This document shows, in pieces, positions 1 to 9,555 of a stretch of DNA of 64,000 nucleotides; position 1 is the first letter of the stretch; each line of letters begins with the position of its first letter. Source of the DNA: an uncultured Porphyromonadaceae bacterium. Its GTDB lineage: Bacteria; Bacteroidota; Bacteroidia; Bacteroidales; Muribaculaceae. The notes under the pieces were generated by a model. That model had not been told where the DNA came from, ran no database searches, and worked only from the letters and a program-made list of their open reading frames with translations. Location: assembly GCA_947177685.1 (NCBI GenBank), contig CAMWVE010000009.1, positions 6,041 through 70,040 of the forward strand. The letters are read 5' to 3'. The position numbers were made by a program, and so were the translations under genes.

Positions 1-573
1 GCGGTTTTTTCGCCGTCCTGCCATGGTGGAGTTATCGGCTTCGGGCATATCGCTTCCCACTCCGTAGCCGAAGAGATTGCCGGTGTTGGTGAAACGGTTG
101 TCAAACCAGTCGTAGAGGCTCATCACTCGCTTGTCCGTCAGGGCAAAGCGATATTCTTCCGACCCGGTGTCGTCGCTGTGTACAACAATTATTACTTTGT
201 ATTCACCGGCTCGATTGAAAAACGGCGCCAGCATCTCCAACGGCTTCGTTGCCCCGTCGGTACGCAAGAGTGTGTCATTCGGCAGAAAAAGATTGTCAGA
301 TGGGATGACTACCACAAAAGCCTCACCTTTGCGCAGCCGTTCTACCCGCAATTTTCCGGCAGCAAGTTTTTTGGCACTCTCCAACATTACGTCGCTTACC
401 TTAGCCTTAAGTTTGTCAGGAACCGCGGGTGTGGCAAGGTTTTTCTCAAGCGACACCTCGTAGGGATCCGTTGCGGCATCCGCTCCGTGATGGATTTCTA
501 CTGGTGTAACGGCTGTGGCGGCAAGAAAACATCCCACCGTCAACGACAAAAATGACAAAATCCTAAGTATCAA
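1..573 (-). CDS. OmpA-family (OmpA/MotB C-terminal peptidoglycan-binding domain) lipoprotein; the 3' end runs off the window
   Basis: Absent from the ORF track because no stop codon lies inside the window. The reverse frame ending at nt 1 is open up to 573. It translates MILRILSFLSLTVGC (signal peptide plus lipobox Cys), then ...VVHSDDTGSEEYRFALTDKRVMSLYDWF...GYGVGSDMPEADNSTMAGRRKNR, which fits the OmpA_C pattern. The proposed TTG start at 573 overlaps the TGA of the upstream gene, and the start is uncertain. Confidence 0.7.
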   Translation of the reverse strand, partial: MILRILSFLSLTVGCFLAATAVTPVEIHHGADAATDPYEVSLEKNLATPAVPDKLKAKVSDVMLESAKKLAAGKLRVERLRKGEAFVVVIPSDNLFLPNDTLLRTDGATKPLEMLAPFFNRAGEYKVIIVVHSDDTGSEEYRFALTDKRVMSLYDWFDNRFTNTGNLFGYGVGSDMPEADNSTMAGRRKNR

Positions 574-875
574 AGCAGTGACTCCTCGTAGGCAAGTTCG
601 GCAGCTACCAATGCCTCAACATCCTCGGGCATCACCTTTGCATCGCGGTCTTTGCGGAGCATGCGCTTCACATAGTCCACGAGGTCAGACTGCAGATCCT
701 CGTCCTCCACCTCATCTTCAAGGTCGATTTCAAGCATGCCGTTCTCCTCGTAGTAGTCCCATATCATGTCGATTACGTTGAGCAGTTCATCGTCATTATA
801 GATTTCCTGACGTTCGGCAGGCACTGCCGCACGCATCATTTCAATAGCCTTATCTTCATTGAAATCCAAGTCCAT
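570..875 (-). CDS. small acidic hypothetical protein
   Basis: ORF 570..881 in the track starts at a TTG. The first ATG is at 875 (MDLDFNEDK...). Very acidic (runs of D/E), no recognisable motif. Packed between two genes on the same strand. Confidence 0.6.
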   Translation of the reverse strand: MDLDFNEDKAIEMMRAAVPAERQEIYNDDELLNVIDMIWDYYEENGMLEIDLEDEVEDEDLQSDLVDYVKRMLRKDRDAKVMPEDVEALVAAELAYEESLL

Positions 876-881
876 AACCAA

Positions 882-1520
882 TTATATTTTAGGTAGTTGT
901 TTCAAATCAAGCCCTGCAAATCCATCGATAACCACAGCTGCTTTGCCTTCCAGTTTCTCTCGCGGATTGGTGGTGGCGAGAGCTATGACCGTGGCACCGG
1001 CACGCCTGCCTGCCTCCAGACCCTGAAACGAGTCCTCGAACACATAGCAGTTCTGAGGATTACATCCGATGTTTTTTGCAGCCAGCAGATAACCTTCGGG
1101 GTCAGGTTTGGAGTTTTTGACCATAGAACCTGTGATGATGGCGTCGAACCGGCTGCGCATCCACGGCTGCTGACGGAAGAGATACTCCATTTTTGTGTTG
1201 TCGCTGGAAGTGACAACTGCAATGCGGAATCCGGCTGACGTCAGACTGTCGAGAAACTCTCTGACGCCTTCGAAAACCGGATAGACAATTTCGTCCTCTA
1301 ACCTGTGGACCAGTTCAGTGATTTCCTTTTGCTGCTGTGGGTCAGGGAAATAGGTGTTGAGAATGTCAGTTAGGGTTGTACCCTTTATGTCGAGCGCGAA
1401 TGTTGGTGCCGTCTGCCCATAACGCGGTGCCACTTCCTGCCAGAAGCTGGTGTAGACGGTTTCGGAGTCGATCAGAACGCCGTCGAGGTCAAACAATGCG
1501 CCTTTTTGATTGTTATTCAT
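882..1520 (-). CDS. HAD-superfamily hydrolase (beta-phosphoglucomutase-like subfamily)
   Basis: The track ORF 882..1787 is N-terminally over-extended. The internal ATG at 1520 gives MNNNQKGALFDLDGVLIDSE (HAD motif I DxDGV). Later motifs are VVTSS (motif II) and CYVFEDSFQGLEAGRRAG (motif III/IV). Confidence 0.85.
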   Translation of the reverse strand: MNNNQKGALFDLDGVLIDSETVYTSFWQEVAPRYGQTAPTFALDIKGTTLTDILNTYFPDPQQQKEITELVHRLEDEIVYPVFEGVREFLDSLTSAGFRIAVVTSSDNTKMEYLFRQQPWMRSRFDAIITGSMVKNSKPDPEGYLLAAKNIGCNPQNCYVFEDSFQGLEAGRRAGATVIALATTNPREKLEGKAAVVIDGFAGLDLKQLPKI

Positions 1521-1593
1521 ATATCTAATTTGGTGCAAAGTTAGCAAACAGAACCAAAAATGTAGTAATTTTGCAAAAGATTTAATAAAATTT

Positions 1594-2982
1594 ATGGGTA
1601 AAGTCATCACATCAGGAGGGAAAAGCTCCCCTATGAGTCTGGGGGTAAGGTCAATTTCCTCGCTATTGGTAGAATATTCCGTGCCGGCGATTGTAGCAAG
1701 CGTTGCCACATCGCTGTATAACATCATCGACAGCATTTTCATTGGACGCGGCGTCGGTCCCATGGCTATCGCCGGACTTGCCATCACCTTTCCGCTGATG
1801 AACCTTGTGGTGGCTTTCGTGATGCTGATAGCTGCCGGCGGCGCAACAATAAGCTCAATCTATCTGGGGCAGAAAAACGTTGACAAAGCCACGGATGTGG
1901 TCAACAACGTGCTGACCCTCAGCTTGATTCATTCAGTCATTTTCGGCGGTCTGACCCTGCTGTTCCTTGACGACATCCTCTACTTCTTCGGTGCTACACC
2001 TGAAACCATTCCGTATGCACGCGAATTTATGGAGGTAATCCTGTATGCCACACCTATTTCATACATATTCATAGGTCTGAACAATCTGATGCGCGCCACC
2101 GGCTATCCGCGCAAGGCAATGATTTCGGCTCTCCTTTCGGTGGTTGTCAACCTCATTCTCGCCCCCATCTTCATCTTTACCCTCGACTGGGGTATAAAAG
2201 GAGCGGCGTTTGCCACCGTCTGCGGTCAGTCAGCGGCATTCATCTGGGTAATGTTCCATTTCATCTCACGCAAAAGCTTCGTCCACCTGAACCTGCACAA
2301 CCGATGGCTGACAGGGAACATCATACGGCGCATCTACGCCATAGGTATGTCGCCGTTCCTGATGAATATATGCGCCTGCGTGGTGGTGATATTCATAAAC
2401 AAGGCACTGCTGGAAAGCGGCGGTGACGACGGCAACTTTGCCGTGGGTGCCTACGGAATCATCAACCGCACGTCGATGCTGTTCGTGATGGTGGTTTTCG
2501 GCGTCACTCAGGGCATGCAGCCCATACTCGGCTTCAACTACGGAGCAGGTCAGTGGGGGCGTGTGAAAAAAACGCTGAATATAGGTATTCTCATAGGGGT
2601 AATAATCACCACCGTAGGTTTCCTATGCACACAGCTTTTCCCCAACACCATCAGCTCGCTGTTCACCGGCGATGACAAACTGATCGGAATTGCCAACAGC
2701 GGTTTCCACCTGTTTTTCCTCGCGTTCCCGGTGGTGGGCGCACAGATAGTGATTCAGAACTTCTTCCAGTCAATAGGCAAACCTGCATTCTCCATCTTCC
2801 TCTCGCTGACACGCCAGATGCTTTTCCTGCTTCCGTTCCTCATCATATTGCCGCCGCGATATGGCATTGACGGAGTGTGGATCAGTCTGTCGGCGAGCGA
2901 CTTCATTGCGTTTGTAGTAGCAGCTGTCACTGCCATTGTCATGATGAAGAAACTACAACCGAAAAACATTGTCCATGATTAA
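1594..2982 (+). CDS. MATE family efflux transporter
   Basis: Polytopic membrane protein with LLVEYSVPAIVASVATSLYNIIDSIFIGRGVG, typical of a MATE N-terminus. It is 12-TM-like throughout. The ATG at 1594 was chosen over the over-extended track start at 1510. Confidence 0.85.
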   Translation: MGKVITSGGKSSPMSLGVRSISSLLVEYSVPAIVASVATSLYNIIDSIFIGRGVGPMAIAGLAITFPLMNLVVAFVMLIAAGGATISSIYLGQKNVDKATDVVNNVLTLSLIHSVIFGGLTLLFLDDILYFFGATPETIPYAREFMEVILYATPISYIFIGLNNLMRATGYPRKAMISALLSVVVNLILAPIFIFTLDWGIKGAAFATVCGQSAAFIWVMFHFISRKSFVHLNLHNRWLTGNIIRRIYAIGMSPFLMNICACVVVIFINKALLESGGDDGNFAVGAYGIINRTSMLFVMVVFGVTQGMQPILGFNYGAGQWGRVKKTLNIGILIGVIITTVGFLCTQLFPNTISSLFTGDDKLIGIANSGFHLFFLAFPVVGAQIVIQNFFQSIGKPAFSIFLSLTRQMLFLLPFLIILPPRYGIDGVWISLSASDFIAFVVAAVTAIVMMKKLQPKNIVHD

Positions 2983-4546
2983 AGAATTCAACTCGCTCAG
3001 AGTAGCACCTTCAATAGCTTTCCAACCCGAAAAACTGCGTCAGACCATAGCCCGCGAGGCAGGTGTGAAGCCTGCGAAAATCACTGACTTGGTTATCACC
3101 CGCCGCTCCATCGATGCGCGGCAGCGCAACGTGATGGTCAATCTTGCCGTCCGCGCCTACATCAACGAGAAGGCGCCTGAGCAGCCGTTGGGGATGAAGA
3201 TTGACTATCCGTTTGTCAATGATGCACGGCAGGTGATAGTGGTGGGTGCCGGACCTGCCGGACTGTTCGCCGCACTACGACTGATAGAACTGGGACTGCG
3301 ACCTGTGGTGGTGGAACGAGGCAAAAACGTAAGCGACCGCCGAAAGGACATGGCGCGTATAGCGCGTGAGAATGTCGTGGACCCCGATTCCAATTACTGT
3401 TTTGGCGAAGGTGGTGCCGGTGCTTTCTCTGACGGCAAACTCTACACCCGAAGCAAAAAACGCGGCTCGGTGGAGAAAATTCTTTCGGTGTTTCACAATC
3501 ATGGCGCAAGCAGCGACATTCTGGTTGACGCTCACCCCCACATCGGCACCGACCGTCTGCCTGAAGTGATTCGCGCCATGCGCGAGACCATAATAGCGCA
3601 TGGGGGCGAAGTCCGCTTTTCAACACGCATGGAGTCACTGATAATTAATGACGGTTGCGTCACCGGAATAACGGTTGCCGGCGGTGGAGAGCTGCATGGT
3701 CCGGTGATACTCGCCACAGGGCACTCGGCACGCGACGTCTATCGTATGCTTCACCGTTCAGGCGTGCGTCTGGAGCCGAAAGGGATAGCCGTGGGTGTGC
3801 GTCTGGAACATCCTCAGAAACTGATTGACTGCATACAGTATCATAGCCCGGAAGGACGCGGCAAATGGCTCCCCGCTGCTGAATACAGCATGCTGACACG
3901 CATCGACGGTCGTGCGGTCTACTCCTTCTGCATGTGCCCGGGTGGATTCGTGATACCTGCCGCAAGCGAACCGGGGCAGCTTGTCGTCAACGGCATGTCG
4001 CCCTCGAACCGCGGTACGCGCTGGTCCAATTCCGGCATGGTGGTGGAGATTCTCCCGGAAGATGTCAAGGAGCTGCCTGACGGTTCTCCATTGAAAATGA
4101 TGGAGTTTCAGGAGGAGATAGAGCGGCGTTTCTTCGCCGACTCAGGCGATGACAGTTACAGCGCCCCGGCACAGCGGATGGAGGATTTCACTAAAGGCAA
4201 ACTGTCAACCTCGCTTCCTCCGACAAGTTATGCACCGGGCATACATCCGTCGCGCATCGACAAGCTTTTGCCGCCAGAGGTAGCCTCACGCCTGCAAAAA
4301 GGATTCATGGAATTCGGGCGTAAATCGCGGGGCTTTCTCACCAACGACGCCATTCTGCTTGGTGCCGAGACACGCACATCGTCACCGGTGCGGATTCCGC
4401 GCGACAATGTCACATTGTGCCACATAGAGATACCCGGACTGTTCCCTACCGGCGAAGGTGCAGGATATGCCGGCGGCATAGTGTCGGCTGCCATGGACGG
4501 CGAGCGTGCCGCCGACGCAGTAAAGGCTTATCTGGACAACGCCTGA
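2975..4546 (+). CDS. FAD-dependent oxidoreductase (COG2509-type uncharacterised FAD-dependent dehydrogenase)
   Basis: Dinucleotide-binding motif VIVVGAGPAGLFAALRL. C-terminal GLFPTGEGAGYAGGIVSAAMDG. The track start 2969 is a TTG; the ATG at 2975 gives MIKEFNS. Overlaps the MATE stop by 8 nt. Confidence 0.8.
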   Translation: MIKEFNSLRVAPSIAFQPEKLRQTIAREAGVKPAKITDLVITRRSIDARQRNVMVNLAVRAYINEKAPEQPLGMKIDYPFVNDARQVIVVGAGPAGLFAALRLIELGLRPVVVERGKNVSDRRKDMARIARENVVDPDSNYCFGEGGAGAFSDGKLYTRSKKRGSVEKILSVFHNHGASSDILVDAHPHIGTDRLPEVIRAMRETIIAHGGEVRFSTRMESLIINDGCVTGITVAGGGELHGPVILATGHSARDVYRMLHRSGVRLEPKGIAVGVRLEHPQKLIDCIQYHSPEGRGKWLPAAEYSMLTRIDGRAVYSFCMCPGGFVIPAASEPGQLVVNGMSPSNRGTRWSNSGMVVEILPEDVKELPDGSPLKMMEFQEEIERRFFADSGDDSYSAPAQRMEDFTKGKLSTSLPPTSYAPGIHPSRIDKLLPPEVASRLQKGFMEFGRKSRGFLTNDAILLGAETRTSSPVRIPRDNVTLCHIEIPGLFPTGEGAGYAGGIVSAAMDGERAADAVKAYLDNA

Positions 4547-4584
4547 CCGCCCCGGCGCTAACAAATATTGGGGAACAATATGCC
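4545..4584 (+). repeat. dispersed intergenic repeat, copy 1 (core TAACAAATATTGG)
   Basis: tgaccgccccggcgctaacaaatattggggaac. Starts on the stop codon of the FAD gene. About 30/33 identical to copy 2. Confidence 0.8.
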
Positions 4585-4658
4585 TTGGGAAAAAGAGCGA
4601 GGATGTCCTGAAACTTTCAGAACAACCTCGCTTTCAATAGGTTTATGTGAGCAGTGTA

Positions 4659-5861
4659 TTAAAGCGCTGACACAATGGCATCAGTGTCGCGCGCAATCAT
4701 CAGCTCCTCGTCAGTGGGCACAACCACCACGGTGACTTTTGAGTCAGGAGTAGAGATGACGGTTTCAGTGCCACGCACTTTGGCGTTCAGCTCCTTGTTG
4801 AGTTCAACACCCATGAAGCCAAGCGGTTTGCAGACGTTCTCGCGCAGACCGGTCTGATTTTCGCCGACTCCGCCGGTGAAAACAATAATGTCAACGCCAC
4901 CCATCTCGGCTGCATAAGCACCTATATATTTAATGATACGCTGCTCATACATGTCAAGAGCCAGAATGGCGCGCTCGTTGCCGGCATTGACAGCTGCCTC
5001 GATCTCACGCATGTCGCTTGAAATCTCGGAGATGCCCATCACGCCGCTCTCCTTGTTGATGATGCGCTGAATGTCATCGGCTGTATAGCCATATTTCTTC
5101 ATCAGGAATGTGATGGCACCCGGATCGACATCGCCCACGCGAGTTCCCATCATGAGTCCTTCGGTGGGAGTCAGACCCATGGAAGTGTCAACGCTCTTGC
5201 CATGGAGAACCGCGGTTATGGAGCCACCGTTGCCCACATGGCAGGTGATGATCTTCTTATCTTCAGGTTTAACGCCGAGAATCTCGCACACACGACCTGA
5301 AACATAGCGGTGGCTGGTGCCGTGGAAGCCGTAGCGGCGCAGACCGTCCTCCTTGTAAAATTTGTAAGGAAGCGGATACATGTAGCTCTTGGCAGGCATG
5401 GTCTGATGGAAGGCTGTGTCAAACACACCAACCTGAGGCACGCCCGGAAGCACTGACTCGATAGCCTCCACGCCGGTGATGTTGGCAGGATTGTGGAGCG
5501 GTGCGAGCGGATAGCATTCTTTCACCTTGGCTATCACCTCATCATCGATGAGCACAGTGCTGCTGAACTTCTCTCCACCGTGAACCAGACGGTGACCAAC
5601 GGCACCGATTTCGTCAAAGTTCTTGATGCATCCGTGCTGAGGATCGGTCAGCACATTGAGAATTGCCTGCACCGAACCTTTGTGGTCAGTCAGACCCAGA
5701 GGGAGAATCTCCTTTGTACCGTCAGGTTTCTTGAATTTCAGGAAAGCGTCGGGCAATCCGATTTTTTCCACTCCGCCTTCGGCGAGAGTCTTTTCGCCGT
5801 CGGTGTCAATCAGTTTATATTTTACGGAACTACTGCCGCAGTTAAGTACCAGAATTTTCAT
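4659..5861 (-). CDS. ackA: acetate kinase
   Basis: [18 protein letters not shown]-terminus, [20 protein letters not shown]. 400 aa, overlaps the pta stop by 4 nt. Confidence 0.95.
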   Translation of the reverse strand: MKILVLNCGSSSVKYKLIDTDGEKTLAEGGVEKIGLPDAFLKFKKPDGTKEILPLGLTDHKGSVQAILNVLTDPQHGCIKNFDEIGAVGHRLVHGGEKFSSTVLIDDEVIAKVKECYPLAPLHNPANITGVEAIESVLPGVPQVGVFDTAFHQTMPAKSYMYPLPYKFYKEDGLRRYGFHGTSHRYVSGRVCEILGVKPEDKKIITCHVGNGGSITAVLHGKSVDTSMGLTPTEGLMMGTRVGDVDPGAITFLMKKYGYTADDIQRIINKESGVMGISEISSDMREIEAAVNAGNERAILALDMYEQRIIKYIGAYAAEMGGVDIIVFTGGVGENQTGLRENVCKPLGFMGVELNKELNAKVRGTETVISTPDSKVTVVVVPTDEELMIARDTDAIVSAL

Positions 5862-6877
5862 TTCTTTGATTCTTTTAATCCGATAGCCTGATTACAGGTC
5901 ATGATGATTGTTTTGTAAATATCTTCGGGGAAACAGCCGCGTGAAAGGTCATTGACAGGTGCAGCCAGACCCTGCAGCACAGGACCCACTGCCTGAACAT
6001 TGCCCAGACGCTGAACCAGTTTGTAAGCGATGTTGCCCACCTCAAGCGAGGGGAAAACAAGCACGTTCGCACGCCCGCTCAAAGGAGAGTTGGGAGCCTT
6101 TGATGCACTTACACCGGGAACAATTGCCGCATCAGCCTGCAGCTCGCCGTCAAGAATCAGCGAGGGGTCGAGCTGATGAGCGAGTTCAGTGGCGCGTATA
6201 ACCTTGTCGACACGGTCATGCTTGGCGCTGCCCTTGGTTGAGAAACTGAGGATAGCCACACGCGGCTCTATGCCGGCGATGTCGCGGGCAGTCTGACCGG
6301 CTGCCACTGCAATCTGAGCCAGCTCCTCGGCAGTGGGGTCAGGCACAACGGCGCAGTCGGCGAAAACCATAATGCCGTCAGTACCGAAAGGCATATCCTT
6401 GGGAAGAACCATCAGGAACGCACCTGAAACCACATCGATTCCGGGCTGAGTCTTGATAACCTGAAACGCAGCGCGGAGCACGTTACCGGTGGTGTTCATG
6501 GCACCTGCCACCTGACCGTCGGCGTCGCCTGCCTTGACCAACAGACAGCCCAGATAGAGCGGATTGGCAGTTGTCAGGCGGGCTTCCTCCATGCTGATAC
6601 CCTTCTTTTTACGCAGTTCGTAAAACAGTGGGGCATACTTGTCGATAACAGCCTCATCAGTAGGGTTGACGATGGTGGCATTGGGGATGTTGACCAGATT
6701 CATCTCCTTTGCCATACGGAGAATATCAACAGGGTCACCGATAAGGATAATTTTTGCCAGACCGTCGCCAATGATGCGGTCGGCAGCCTTCAGCGTACGA
6801 GGTTCAGTACCTTCAGGCAGGACAATACGCTGAACATTTTCCTTGGCTTTCAGCGTCATTTTGTCAAACAGTTCCAT
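5858..6877 (-). CDS. pta: phosphate acetyltransferase
   Basis: 339-aa short-form Pta: [43 protein letters not shown]. Immediately upstream of ackA. Confidence 0.92.
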   Translation of the reverse strand: MELFDKMTLKAKENVQRIVLPEGTEPRTLKAADRIIGDGLAKIILIGDPVDILRMAKEMNLVNIPNATIVNPTDEAVIDKYAPLFYELRKKKGISMEEARLTTANPLYLGCLLVKAGDADGQVAGAMNTTGNVLRAAFQVIKTQPGIDVVSGAFLMVLPKDMPFGTDGIMVFADCAVVPDPTAEELAQIAVAAGQTARDIAGIEPRVAILSFSTKGSAKHDRVDKVIRATELAHQLDPSLILDGELQADAAIVPGVSASKAPNSPLSGRANVLVFPSLEVGNIAYKLVQRLGNVQAVGPVLQGLAAPVNDLSRGCFPEDIYKTIIMTCNQAIGLKESKK

Positions 6878-6914
6878 TATTATTAATGTATTGGATTAGC
6901 GAATAAAATCTGTG

Positions 6915-6945
6915 CAAAATTAATAATTTTTCAATCGATTACAAA
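6915..6945 (-). promoter_or_regulatory. Bacteroidetes sigma-A type promoter for pta-ackA (-33 TTTG, 19-nt spacer, -7 TAATTTTG)
   Basis: The reverse strand reads TTTG-taatcgattgaaaaattat-TAATTTTG, about 40 nt upstream of the pta ATG. This matches the published Bacteroides TTTG / TAnnTTTG consensus and spacing. Confidence 0.6.
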
Positions 6946-6991
6946 ACAATTTCGTACTGTTTTTTCTGCGCGAACACATCTGCACGACACT

Positions 6992-7030
6992 TGACCGCCC
7001 CAGCCTTAACAAATATTGGGGAACTGGGTC
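6992..7030 (+). repeat. dispersed intergenic repeat, copy 2
   Basis: tgaccgccccagccttaacaaatattggggaac, in the pta / 7120 divergent gap, same orientation as copy 1. Confidence 0.8.
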
Positions 7031-7119
7031 TTAAACCTCATCTTTATAAAAAACTGCAAAGGCTTAGGGTGTGATACATGATTTTTTATTACCTTTGTAA
7101 CTCATAATATGGCTATAAC

Positions 7120-9555
7120 ATGTTGACCATGAATTTGAACGACACGATAAACAATGCGTGTGACACTGTTGCGGGCGCGTACGCCGATGCGACGGAGAAT
7201 CTCACGGAGTATATGAGCAACGACGGCGGTTTTCAGTCGTTTTCTGTTGACCACATTGTGACACACCCTGACTGGAATCTGTTTTTTGAACTGTCGGGGT
7301 ATGGTTTCGTGTTGGGAATATTGGTGGTCATAGCTTTTTTGCTGATATGGGTCGCTTCGAAGCATACGCCGTCAAAACTCAGGGATATCAGTCTGAAGGT
7401 GGCTTTTCCTGTGGTCTGGATTTACGGATTCATTGTCTATGACGTGGGTATGTGCACTGGTGAGTACATCTCGCTGCTCACCAATGCGCCGATGGCAATC
7501 ATCTATGCGTTCAAGATTTTTTTGTTTGACAGCGATGTCAGCGAAATTCACGAAGAGTTCCACAGCAGCTGGGTTTACTCGCTGAATTTCGCGCTCGTAC
7601 ATTTCAGCGCGGCGGTTATTAGCACCCTTTTCCTGATCAAATATTTTGGGTTTGCCCTTGTTTCATACCTGAGAATATGGTGGGCTGCCACGTTCGGACG
7701 GCGGGTTGACGAGACCTTCGTTTTCCGGGGTCTGAACAAGAAGTCGGCTTACCTGATAAAGGATATTCAAAAGCAATATGGCAAGGGGACGAGTTATCGG
7801 ATTGTGATTGTGCGCACCAATGCTGACGGCAATGAGAGTCCTGAACATCAGTCGAGTATGGAACGGATTTTTGAAATGCTGTCGATACCGTCGTCACAGC
7901 TTGACAGCCTGCAGGAACTGGACTGCCTGACCATAGGTTCATACGTTGATTCAGGAGCAATCAACGTGCTTGACGGCGAGACTGACATCTTGGGCGAAAA
8001 GCTGAAAATGAAGATTTTGAGAAGATTGCTCTGCAACAAGACGAAGCGGAAAATACATCTGTTTTACTTCTCGGATGATGAAAAGGAGAACATCCACGAC
8101 GTTGCGCTGATGCTCCACGATTCAGGCATAAAGGGTTTTGTCAAGGAGAGTCATGCGAAATCGGCTCCCGGGGATGATGGCAAACGTGAGGTGCTGATGT
8201 ATTGCCTCGCCCGATACAACAGTGTACACCGGGTGATAGAGGACCAGAGTCTGTCGGACAAAATTCAGGTCAGAGTGGTGGATTCTTCTCACATAAACGT
8301 TGAGATTCTGAAGCAACAGGCGAGTCTGCTGCCTGTTAATTATGTCGATGTGGAGGCTGATGCCACCGTTTCATCGAAATTTAATGCCCTTGTGGTCGGG
8401 TTTAGTGAGGTGGGACTGGATTCGGTGAGATTTCTCTATGAATTCGGTGCCTTTGTGAAATATGGAAGTACGGATGAACATGCCGTGCGGTCAGAGTTCC
8501 ATCTTGATGTCATCGACAAAAATATGGCAGATCTGGCAGGGACATTCGTAGCCAATGCGCCTGCCATCAAGCTGTCAATGCCTTTCCTTCAGGAGAATAA
8601 AAACAATGAAGCAATGATTACGTTGCATCAGCTGGATTGCCGCAGTGTGGAGTTCTACAACCTTCTGGAAAATCAGATTGCCACTCTGAACTATGTGGTC
8701 ATAGCAACCGAGGACGATGAGATGAATCTGTCGCTCGGCGTGAGAATTTTCAAACTTGCCACCCGCTATCGCAAGGATATGAAAAAACTGCGCATACTGA
8801 TTCGTGCCCACAATGATGACGACGGTCATATACGCCGCATAACACACCACTACAACCGTTTGTGGGCAGCTTATGAATGTGCGCCTGAGATAAAAGGCGC
8901 GCGCTTCCACCAAAGTGAAATCGGCATTAACGATGAACTGACCGAGCCGCTTTATGTGTTCGGTCTGGAAAGTGAAACATTCACCTTTGCCAACATCATC
9001 GCCGACGAACTGGAGCAGAAGGCGCGTAAATACTCCGAGAATTACTCGAAAACAGTATCTCCCGAAAAGGAAATAAAAATTTCGGCATGGGATGACCGCA
9101 TTGTGGACCGCATGCAGCTTGCCGACCCATGGGAAGGGTATGCCCCAACCTACTGCGGCATCATGAATCTGCGTCGCACTCAGTCGCAGGACTTCGCAAA
9201 CAGTCAGCATGAGCTGACCAAGAAGTTACTGATAGAGAAGGCTTTGAAGCTATGCAAACAGGAGAATTTCGGCTTCTCGCAACTGACAAGAACACCTAAC
9301 ACCACTCAATATGTATGGCCTCACGGGGTCAAGGTCATTAACGATATCAACCGCATAGCAATAGTGATAGCGCAGACAGAGCATCTCCGATGGATTGCCT
9401 CGCATGAGATTTTAGGCTATGTCTTGAATAAGGATAAAGATGAGGTTGCGCTTATGCACAACTACTTGAAAGATTGGGATTTGTTAGAGGAAAATGTCCG
9501 TAGCTACGACTGCAATGTAGCGGACTACATCCTCGGCATAAGATTCAAAAGATGA
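7120..9555 (+). CDS. 811-aa membrane protein with a central Rossmann-like region and a C-terminal RyR-like repeat
   Basis: N-terminal hydrophobic helices (about aa 60-200). NALVVGFSEVGLDSVRFLYEFGAF resembles a TrkA-N/NAD-binding GxxxxG strand-loop (weak). The C-terminus IAQTEHLRWIASHEILGYVLNKDKDEVALMHNYLKDWDLLEENVRSYD resembles the RyR domain pattern seen in the next gene. A TACCTTTG -7 box lies at 7090-7097. Confidence 0.6.
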   Translation: MLTMNLNDTINNACDTVAGAYADATENLTEYMSNDGGFQSFSVDHIVTHPDWNLFFELSGYGFVLGILVVIAFLLIWVASKHTPSKLRDISLKVAFPVVWIYGFIVYDVGMCTGEYISLLTNAPMAIIYAFKIFLFDSDVSEIHEEFHSSWVYSLNFALVHFSAAVISTLFLIKYFGFALVSYLRIWWAATFGRRVDETFVFRGLNKKSAYLIKDIQKQYGKGTSYRIVIVRTNADGNESPEHQSSMERIFEMLSIPSSQLDSLQELDCLTIGSYVDSGAINVLDGETDILGEKLKMKILRRLLCNKTKRKIHLFYFSDDEKENIHDVALMLHDSGIKGFVKESHAKSAPGDDGKREVLMYCLARYNSVHRVIEDQSLSDKIQVRVVDSSHINVEILKQQASLLPVNYVDVEADATVSSKFNALVVGFSEVGLDSVRFLYEFGAFVKYGSTDEHAVRSEFHLDVIDKNMADLAGTFVANAPAIKLSMPFLQENKNNEAMITLHQLDCRSVEFYNLLENQIATLNYVVIATEDDEMNLSLGVRIFKLATRYRKDMKKLRILIRAHNDDDGHIRRITHHYNRLWAAYECAPEIKGARFHQSEIGINDELTEPLYVFGLESETFTFANIIADELEQKARKYSENYSKTVSPEKEIKISAWDDRIVDRMQLADPWEGYAPTYCGIMNLRRTQSQDFANSQHELTKKLLIEKALKLCKQENFGFSQLTRTPNTTQYVWPHGVKVINDINRIAIVIAQTEHLRWIASHEILGYVLNKDKDEVALMHNYLKDWDLLEENVRSYDCNVADYILGIRFKR

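Noticed and set aside
131-781. Plus-strand ORFs 131..463, 178..555 and 515..781 from the track.
   Set aside because: They lie antisense to, or out of frame with, a much better reverse-strand reading frame: the OmpA-like lipoprotein, which is open to the window edge, and the 570..875 gene. Their translations are low-complexity (Arg/Ser/Pro-rich), which is typical of shadow ORFs in GC-rich DNA.
1521-1787. N-terminal extension of the HAD hydrolase ORF (882..1787). Similar over-extensions occur at 17892..17993 (giant protein), 25410..25478 (DHHW protein) and 30792..30854 (proA).
   Set aside because: In each case the extension overlaps the neighbouring gene or its promoter and lacks family-typical sequence, and an internal ATG gives the canonical N-terminus (DLDGV motif, signal peptides, MSTDITP).
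4586-4658. Possible terminator between the convergent FAD gene and ackA (agcgagg ... cctcgct, with an inner ctgaaa-c-tttcag).
   Set aside because: The stem is only 7 bp with a loop of about 24 nt, and the inner palindrome has a 1-nt loop, so neither is a convincing intrinsic terminator.
8575-9210. Long antisense ORFs inside large genes, for example 8575..9210 (-), 18573..19331 (-), 21042..21671 (-), 30626..31195 (-), 3216..3638 (-), 31205..31627 (-), 43167..43706 (+) and 15149..15553 (-).
   Set aside because: All are fully embedded opposite confidently assigned genes. They have no motifs and have skewed compositions (Arg/Cys/His-rich or Ser/Leu-rich), consistent with shadow frames.
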